Shown piece by piece: positions 57,645-64,000 of a DNA stretch of 64,000 bases. The translations under genes were made by a program, and so were the position numbers. The stretch spans positions 2,976,001 to 3,040,000 of the forward strand of contig OZ244207.1 in the NCBI GenBank assembly GCA_965216875.1. Reading direction: 5' to 3'. How positions within the stretch are numbered: position 1 is the stretch's first letter; every line of letters begins with the position of its first letter. Origin of the DNA: Rubripirellula sp. Lineage in GTDB: Bacteria; Planctomycetota; Planctomycetia; Pirellulales; Pirellulaceae. Under the pieces are notes generated by a model, which did no database searches, was not told the origin of the DNA, and saw only the letters and a list, made by a program, of their open reading frames with translations.

Positions 57645-58771
57645 TAACCCTGCAATACGGAGTGAGGGTCAACGCGGCGAACCCGAAAATAGGGCAGCGC
57701 CGATGCCAAGAGGCAAATGCTGAATACCAACAAACTGCTGCCAATATAGAGTCCCATTGGAATCTCGATTGACGCTAGTGGCGTGCTAAAACAGGTCTGT
57801 ATGACGTGCGTCGCAACGATTCCGATTGCGATTCCGACACTTGCGATCAAGGACGACTGTGCAGCAAGCAGTGTAATGATCTCGCGCTCGGTGGCTCCAA
57901 TCGCCTTGAGCGTTGCGAATTCGCTGATGCGATCGAGGACCATTGCGTACAGGGTTTGCCCGACCATCACCAATCCAACCAGCAATCCCAAAAAGGTTGC
58001 GGCACCAAAACTGATTCCAAGTCCAGTCCGAGTCATCCAGAAATTAACACTGATCGATGCGTACTCGGCACTGGTCATGGCCGTCACATCATGAAGTCGA
58101 CGCTCTATTTCACTGCAAACCTGCGCCGCATCAGCTCCTGGTGCCAAACGCACCAAGAAGTACGAGGCCTTATCCGGCTCGCCGCGTGCTAAGTCGATAT
58201 GGTGGTCATAGTTTGTGAACACGTAGGGCGTCACCAAGAAGCTTAGGACACCGTACGATTTTCCCGAGACGCGAACCCGCTTGCCGTTAATCTCCCGAAC
58301 ATCACCGATTGCGGGATTGATGAGCTTGCTGTCATCACATTGGTCCACGATCACGGCATCGGGATACGTGAGTGCGTCCGCGGGACCTTCAACGATATCG
58401 TAGGCCCGCCCCAGGTCGGTCCCCTCGGTCACCCCAACCAGCATGACGCCTTCGTAGTTGCCGTTGGGAAGACTGATTTCGGAAAACTCGATGCGCATGG
58501 GTTCCGCCGCGGCCACGCCCGGAATGCTTCGCACCCGATGAATCCATCGCACAGGAATACTGTGCGGGAAGTCAACGTAATGCATACCGCGATTGCCAAC
58601 CCAAATGTCAGCATTACTCCGATCGACAAGCAGACTTGCTTTGTGGATCAGGCCGAAAAAGAGCCCGCCCTGGATGTTAACCAACACCACCGAAAAGATC
58701 ACGCCGATCAATCCGGCAACCAACTTGCCGCGATCAAAGAGCAACGTGCGTGAGGCGATGTTCCAGAGCAT
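57644..58771 (-). CDS. ABC transporter permease (DevC/FtsX-like)
   Basis: N-terminal TM, ADIWV, periplasmic domain, EFATLKAIGA, VDP. Confidence 0.88.
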   Translation of the reverse strand: MLWNIASRTLLFDRGKLVAGLIGVIFSVVLVNIQGGLFFGLIHKASLLVDRSNADIWVGNRGMHYVDFPHSIPVRWIHRVRSIPGVAAAEPMRIEFSEISLPNGNYEGVMLVGVTEGTDLGRAYDIVEGPADALTYPDAVIVDQCDDSKLINPAIGDVREINGKRVRVSGKSYGVLSFLVTPYVFTNYDHHIDLARGEPDKASYFLVRLAPGADAAQVCSEIERRLHDVTAMTSAEYASISVNFWMTRTGLGISFGAATFLGLLVGLVMVGQTLYAMVLDRISEFATLKAIGATEREIITLLAAQSSLIASVGIAIGIVATHVIQTCFSTPLASIEIPMGLYIGSSLLVFSICLLASALPYFRVRRVDPHSVLQG

Positions 58772-58890
58772 TGTTCAGGAAGTGGAAGTGCGTGGGCGGC
58801 CCGATAGTCGATCCATACGAAATCGGTATCGGGAATGTCACTGCCAAGCTTGACCAATTCGTCAAACTTTACCTGAACTACCAAAACCTC

Positions 58891-59919
58891 CTAAGGAATC
58901 CCTCGCACAATAGGCGGGCCGACAATTTTGGTAAGCCAAACCGGCATCTTTTGCCAAAGCTGAATCAGCCGTTGCTTACCGGAATCGTCAGGACGCATCT
59001 CTTCGGGCGATCCCTTGCGCACGTAGTATTGCCACACCGCCTCGCACGGTTTTGCCCCCCACTGAGCCTTGAATTTATAGGTTCCGCTTCCTTCACTGCT
59101 ACGCCCAAAATCAAACGTATGGCTGCCGCGTTGGATTGCCCGTTCCAACAAATAGCGATACATGAACATGTTGGCGTTGGTGCGATTGAATTCACGCAAA
59201 CAGCTAGCACTGGGAACTTCAGTCATTCCGTTCTGATGCACAAGTATGCCGCTGGCGACAGCAGTCCCCTTTTGGCTCACGACACAGATCTCGGCGTCGT
59301 CGCCAAATTCCCGGCACATGGCTTGGAACAGCCGTTTGGGAAACACGGGCGTGCCGAGATCCCGCATGTTACGCGCGAAGATAGCGTAAAAGGTGTCAAC
59401 CAATTCGATTCCTCCGAACTCATGCTCCAAGTCGTATTGGCCTGACTTTTTGATTTGACTCCGCAGCTTGGATCGATAGGACTTCATCAACGCTTCTGGA
59501 GTTTCATGCAGCGCCAAACGCATGTGCTTCTTTTCAGTCCGTTCGAAGTTGAACTTCGGGTGTTTCACCGGCGTTTCATGACGTAGTTCCAAATACCGTA
59601 CATCCAGCTCGTCAGCAAGGTCGCAGGCGTGATCGACGAGTTTCACTGCTGACTCATCATCCGTTGCCCAGGCACCGCCGGTATTGATGTAGGGGATACT
59701 GACGAGAAACCGCCCGAAGATTGGCCCAGAAACTAAGAAGAGCGGCAGGATTCCGGTGACGTTTCCCGACCGTTTGGCCTGAAGCACATAGGCGCGCTGG
59801 CGCAAGCCGTCGGCGACCGTATTGACCCAGGCCTGTGAGTGCCCCGTGAGTCTCGGCATCGTGCCATCGGCCACGTCTGAAACGCCGCATGGCCACTGAG
59901 CGGTTTCGATTTCTAGCAC
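58891..59919 (-). CDS. FemAB-related GNAT protein, PEP-CTERM/exosortase-associated type
   Basis: FGRFLVSIPY, LELRH, RNMRDLGTPV, FDFGRS, FKAQWGA. Confidence 0.88.
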   Translation of the reverse strand: MLEIETAQWPCGVSDVADGTMPRLTGHSQAWVNTVADGLRQRAYVLQAKRSGNVTGILPLFLVSGPIFGRFLVSIPYINTGGAWATDDESAVKLVDHACDLADELDVRYLELRHETPVKHPKFNFERTEKKHMRLALHETPEALMKSYRSKLRSQIKKSGQYDLEHEFGGIELVDTFYAIFARNMRDLGTPVFPKRLFQAMCREFGDDAEICVVSQKGTAVASGILVHQNGMTEVPSASCLREFNRTNANMFMYRYLLERAIQRGSHTFDFGRSSEGSGTYKFKAQWGAKPCEAVWQYYVRKGSPEEMRPDDSGKQRLIQLWQKMPVWLTKIVGPPIVRGIP

Positions 59920-60221
59920 GATGACTCAAGCAGAAAATGTAAGGACGGCTTCGATGACAAACAAAACAGAAAGAGGCCAGAATAGCCAAGGATTCACGGC
60001 TGCACAGTGGCTTTTTCGGCAGCGTGAAACTGATGCCCACTCTGCAGCCTCGATGGCGGTGCGTGAATCCGCATAATCGGCGTTACCCAAATAATTTCAC
60101 CGCAAGTGCCAAATTGTCTCTAGCGGCTACGTCTGAACAGACGTTACAGACTGAGATCGATGTGATGCCGAAAATGGACGCGTCACCGCTCGCAACTCTT
60201 TTCTTCTGTTTTAGCAGCCGC

Positions 60222-60980
60222 ATGACAAACCCCGCCCAGCGATCGCACCAAGCTGTGTTGCACCAGCGTTTGGCCTTGCAGACGGACCCGGATCGACGAA
60301 TCGACTATCGGTTGGCCGCGACACACCTCGACCTCTACGGCGCCTTCGAACTCCTTCAACGCCGCTACTCGATCGCCGGGCTCTCGAAGCCCAACATGCC
60401 CCTTCGAGTTGAACCATTCCACCTGTGGCGCCAGTCTCAAGTCTTCGTTGCCGTCAGCGGCGCGACGGTTGTTGGTTGCATGACATTGATTCGACCAGGC
60501 CATCGCGACGGGTTGCCATCCATCAAAATGAACAAAGCGGTTGAGCCTGCACTGCCCAAAGGTGCTGTCCTTGGTGAAGTCACTTCATTGGCAATCGACA
60601 CAGACAACCACTGCCGAACCTCGGAAGTCTTTTTGCGGCTGACCGAGCTGATGCAGATGTTTGCACTTCGGCATGGGGTCAACCATGCGGCAGCAGTCGT
60701 GCACCCCAAACACGCTCGAATGTACCAACGCGCACTCGGTTTCAAGGTGATTGGCCAAACCGTTCCCTGCGATCGAGTCGCCGGAAGGCCTGGTGTGACA
60801 CTGATTCGCCAGATCAGTCATTCCATGGGAGGACGATTGAACTGGCAACAAAGGTTTTCACCAAGCCGAGCGTGTCAGATGGATTTGTCGCCGCGACCAA
60901 TGACCGAGCGGCAGAAACGGTTCTTTTCGTTCTACATGACCAATCGACCGTCTCGATACGAATACACCAAGGCGGCTTAA
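60222..60980 (+). CDS. FeeM-like N-acyl amino acid synthase (GNAT fold)
   Basis: AFELLQRRY..AG, GEVTSLA (candidate catalytic Glu), VHPKHARMY..LGF..IG; start could be as far upstream as 60024. Confidence 0.72.
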   Translation: MTNPAQRSHQAVLHQRLALQTDPDRRIDYRLAATHLDLYGAFELLQRRYSIAGLSKPNMPLRVEPFHLWRQSQVFVAVSGATVVGCMTLIRPGHRDGLPSIKMNKAVEPALPKGAVLGEVTSLAIDTDNHCRTSEVFLRLTELMQMFALRHGVNHAAAVVHPKHARMYQRALGFKVIGQTVPCDRVAGRPGVTLIRQISHSMGGRLNWQQRFSPSRACQMDLSPRPMTERQKRFFSFYMTNRPSRYEYTKAA

Positions 60981-60994
60981 GAAGCTCGCCCCAT

Positions 60995-62101
60995 TCAAGC
61001 GTCGACCAATACCGAAGCAATCCGGCACGCCGCACGCCCGTCCCAAAGCTCTGGGCAACTTCCCTTTTTGTAGTCGCCACTTAAAACGGCGCTCAGGTGG
61101 TGCCGCAATTTCTCGGCCGAGTTACCAATCAATGTACTTGTCCCTTCATCGCACGTGATTGGACGTTCGGTGTTCTCACGCATTGTCAAACACGGGACGC
61201 CGAGAGCCGTCGATTCCTCCTGCAAACCTCCCGAGTCCGTAACAATCACTTTGGCTTGCGACGTCAAACAAAGAAAATCGTTGTAGCCCAACGGATCGAG
61301 CAGGCGCAGGTTTGGCGCATCGCTGATCAACGACTGAAGCTGGTGATGGTCAATCCGTGCTCGCGTTCGCGGGTGAATCGGGAAAACCAGCGGCATTGAC
61401 TTCGATACATCGACCAGCACTTCCAGCAGCGCCCTCAAGGTATGTGGAGCATCGACGTTCGACGGTCGATGCAGGGTCACCACACCGTAGGCCCCTGGCT
61501 GAAGCGAAAGTTCGCCCAAAGTTGGCCGGCTCTTTGCTTGTTCTACCTGCGTCATCAACGTGTCGATCATGACATTGCCGACAAGATGAATCCGTGATGA
61601 ATCATGGCCTTCATTCTTCAGGTTCTCTGCCCCGGCCGGCTCGCTGCATAACAGGAGGTCAGAAATCGAATCGGTGACAAGGCGATTGATCTCTTCCGGC
61701 ATTCGTCTGTCGAAACTTCGAAGCCCCGCTTCAACATGAGCCACCGAGATATTGAGCTTTGCAGCAGCGATGGCGGCAGCCATCGTCGAGTTCACGTCGC
61801 CGACAACAATCATCCGCTCTACGGGCTCACCCGACGCCGCAGCAGCTCCCAAAAACTCTTCAATCGCAACCATGACGTCTGAGGTCTGCTTCGCGTGTGA
61901 CCCAGATCCGACCCCCAATGATAGGTCCGGACGTCGAATCCCCAACTCTTCGAAAAAAACGTCCGAAAGGTTGCGATCGTAGTGCTGTCCCGTATGCACG
62001 AGCGTGGTTCGCAGCTGTGGCACCTGATCGAGCTCACGCAAGATGGGCGCAATTTTCATGAAATTCGGTCGCGCACCGGCGACAATCGCAAAACGCTTCA
62101 T
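60995..62101 (-). CDS. wecB: UDP-N-acetylglucosamine 2-epimerase (non-hydrolysing)
   Basis: GARPNFMK, HTGQHYD, HVEAGLRS, PEEINR, TDSGGLQEE, TERP. Confidence 0.95.
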   Translation of the reverse strand: MKRFAIVAGARPNFMKIAPILRELDQVPQLRTTLVHTGQHYDRNLSDVFFEELGIRRPDLSLGVGSGSHAKQTSDVMVAIEEFLGAAAASGEPVERMIVVGDVNSTMAAAIAAAKLNISVAHVEAGLRSFDRRMPEEINRLVTDSISDLLLCSEPAGAENLKNEGHDSSRIHLVGNVMIDTLMTQVEQAKSRPTLGELSLQPGAYGVVTLHRPSNVDAPHTLRALLEVLVDVSKSMPLVFPIHPRTRARIDHHQLQSLISDAPNLRLLDPLGYNDFLCLTSQAKVIVTDSGGLQEESTALGVPCLTMRENTERPITCDEGTSTLIGNSAEKLRHHLSAVLSGDYKKGSCPELWDGRAACRIASVLVDA

Positions 62102-62559
62102 AGATGCTGATGGGTGGAGGTCACACACGTAGATCGAGTGCGACCAGTTTGCCTTGGTCCAACAAGAAAAGGAAGGGACCAGGATGATCACCTCAGTCCT
62201 CTTTTGGCAGCTAATTCACGAAATTGTTCCACACAGTTCGGCCTTGCTGGCAAATCGCCCGTTTCATCCGCCAGGACCGCGCCAGGGAACAACATGTCTA
62301 GGTTCAGGGGCGCGTTTTTTGGTAACTCTCGATCCTAATTCAGGCCGTTATTGACCAGCAAACATTCGCTTGTGACAGCGTTGTGGGGTTGCTGACTAAT
62401 TGTCGCAGCCACCCCAGCAGGCAGAACCTGCAAAACCGGACCGGCACTCCCGTGAATACAGATCGGATGCTTGGTTCTCGTCGACACGCCCCAATTTCGT
62501 TGGACCGAGCGTCCTAAGCTTTCGTGACTCGGTCAAAACGACAATTCTCGAGAGTAACG

Positions 62560-64000
62560 ATGTCAGCGCACGGAAATTGCCAATCCAAATGTCAACAGTG
62601 CCTCCTCCCCGGCGCAGTTCCTGGAGCCAACCTGGACGCTCAATCGGTCTGCCAGCTCTGCACGACCGATACGACTCAGTCGAAGGCTGAAGCCGAACAC
62701 CGGCGGCTGGACTACAAACGAGACTTGGAAGCGACTCTCGAGAATATTCGCGGCCAGGGGGAATACGATTGCCTGGTCAATCTCAGCGGCGGCAAAGACA
62801 GTTGCCTGCTCCTTCACAAGCTCAAGAAAGAGTACGGGTTGAACGTACTCGCATTCACCACCGACATGAATATTCCTGATGTCGCGTGGAAGAACATCAA
62901 TCGCACCATTGAATTGCTGGACGTGCCTTTGGTGACGTTTCGGCCTCCGGTTGAGTTCTACAAAAAGATGTTTCGGTTTCTGTTGGCCAACCAGGAATCA
63001 CGCGGGGCCGTGCGAACCGTTTGCTACATTTGCGCGCCATTGTTCGAAAGCTACTCCATCCGCTTGGCAGTTCAAAAGAACATCCCACTCATCGCAGCTG
63101 GCTATGCTCCCGGCCAACCCGAACCTGATCGCATGGAGTACGAGTTCTCTCGCAAACTCTTGTGCGAACAAGACTGGACACCACCAGAGCTTGTCGAGTC
63201 GGGTCTATTCTCCGAGCAAGAACTTTCGCTCTTTTGGAACCCGCTGAGCTACCCGGAAGGAACACAGTTTCCTCGATACGTCGCACCGTTCCACGCATGG
63301 GACTACAGCCAAGATGAAGCGATGGATCTCGTCGTGAAGCTAGGCTTGATCAAGAACAAGAAGAGCGCCAGCCCGATACACAGCAATTGCCCAGTCAATT
63401 GGTTGCTGATGTATTCCGACCTAAAACACCTCGGCTTCAATCCTTACGCCCCCGAGTTCGCCAAACTTGTCAGGGAAGGCAAAGCGCAACGTCGCTACTG
63501 GCGCATCATGGGTCCGATCGTCGACACGATGATCCGTCAAAAGGTAATGCTGGGGCGAAATGTTAGTAAGTCACTTCAGTGGCTTGGCATGGACGAAAAG
63601 GAACTCGCAATCACGCGAGAAAGCCAAGGAGCTGAGTACAGCGAACAAATCACTCGTTCAGCCCAACCCCAGGTCATCGGCTGGGATCAAGTGAGTGAAA
63701 AACGCCAAGTTGAACCTAAGACAACCAGCAAGGAAGACCCAAACACAACGGTCGCACTCCTTCGCCACAAATTGCGTAACGCCCCCGACGCCGTAGCCAT
63801 CGGTCACCGTGTCGATGACGAATGGGTCACACTTTCTTGGCGGCAATACACTGCCCGCACACTCAAGCTCGCGGCAGAGCTTCAAGAACTTGGCGTCAAC
63901 AAAGGCGATTGCGTTGCGGTCTATGGCAAATCGGATGCTGGCTGGAGTATCACCGAAAGTGCGATTCACGCAATTGGCGGAACCGTCGTCGGAATCGACG
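62560..64000 (+). CDS. PP-loop (N-acetyl sugar amidotransferase-like) domain fused to the N-terminus of an AMP-binding acyl-CoA ligase-like domain; 3'-truncated; absent from the ORF track
   Basis: Manual translation gives 480 codons with no stop: CQQC...CQLC, LSGGKDS, CYIC, SNC; then PDAVA...LSWRQY...LQELGVNKGDCVAV...AIGGTVVGID. Confidence 0.85.
   Translation, partial: MSAHGNCQSKCQQCLLPGAVPGANLDAQSVCQLCTTDTTQSKAEAEHRRLDYKRDLEATLENIRGQGEYDCLVNLSGGKDSCLLLHKLKKEYGLNVLAFTTDMNIPDVAWKNINRTIELLDVPLVTFRPPVEFYKKMFRFLLANQESRGAVRTVCYICAPLFESYSIRLAVQKNIPLIAAGYAPGQPEPDRMEYEFSRKLLCEQDWTPPELVESGLFSEQELSLFWNPLSYPEGTQFPRYVAPFHAWDYSQDEAMDLVVKLGLIKNKKSASPIHSNCPVNWLLMYSDLKHLGFNPYAPEFAKLVREGKAQRRYWRIMGPIVDTMIRQKVMLGRNVSKSLQWLGMDEKELAITRESQGAEYSEQITRSAQPQVIGWDQVSEKRQVEPKTTSKEDPNTTVALLRHKLRNAPDAVAIGHRVDDEWVTLSWRQYTARTLKLAAELQELGVNKGDCVAVYGKSDAGWSITESAIHAIGGTVVGID

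Noticed and set aside
62400..62690. 96-aa ORF from the track
   Set aside because: Out of frame with the motif-bearing ORF starting at 62560

Overview
Chromosomal window from a Planctomycete, most likely Pirellulaceae (Rhodopirellula/Stieleria-like). This is inferred from DUF1501, the planctomycete-type ECF sigma factor, the PQQ-type propeller and typical intergenic repeats. Housekeeping content: csrA, tRNA-Glu(TTC), an atypical tRNA-Ser(CGA), lysS, lolC/E-lolD and ruvB. Accessory blocks: (i) a probable mannosylglucosylglycerate/glucosylglycerate compatible-solute cluster (23.2-28.9 kb); (ii) a hybrid kinase with two Hpt domains plus an HD-GYP regulator; (iii) a group 3b [NiFe]-hydrogenase operon with protease and hypABFCDE (37.7-49.3 kb, minus strand) behind a sigma54-type promoter, led by a protein whose N-terminus resembles the IF1/zeta F1-ATPase inhibitor motif; (iv) a K+ channel and a TAXI-TRAP transporter; (v) a PEP-CTERM/surface-polymer block (54.5-64 kb) with a DevBCA-like exporter, FemAB-like GNAT, FeeM-like N-acyl amino acid synthase, wecB, and an ORF missing from the supplied track (62560 to window end) that fuses a PP-loop amidotransferase-like domain to an acyl-CoA ligase-like domain. 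About six families of REP-like palindromes form nested mosaics between genes. No CRISPR array, integrase or transposase was seen. All calls come from motif recognition by eye; no database searches were run.
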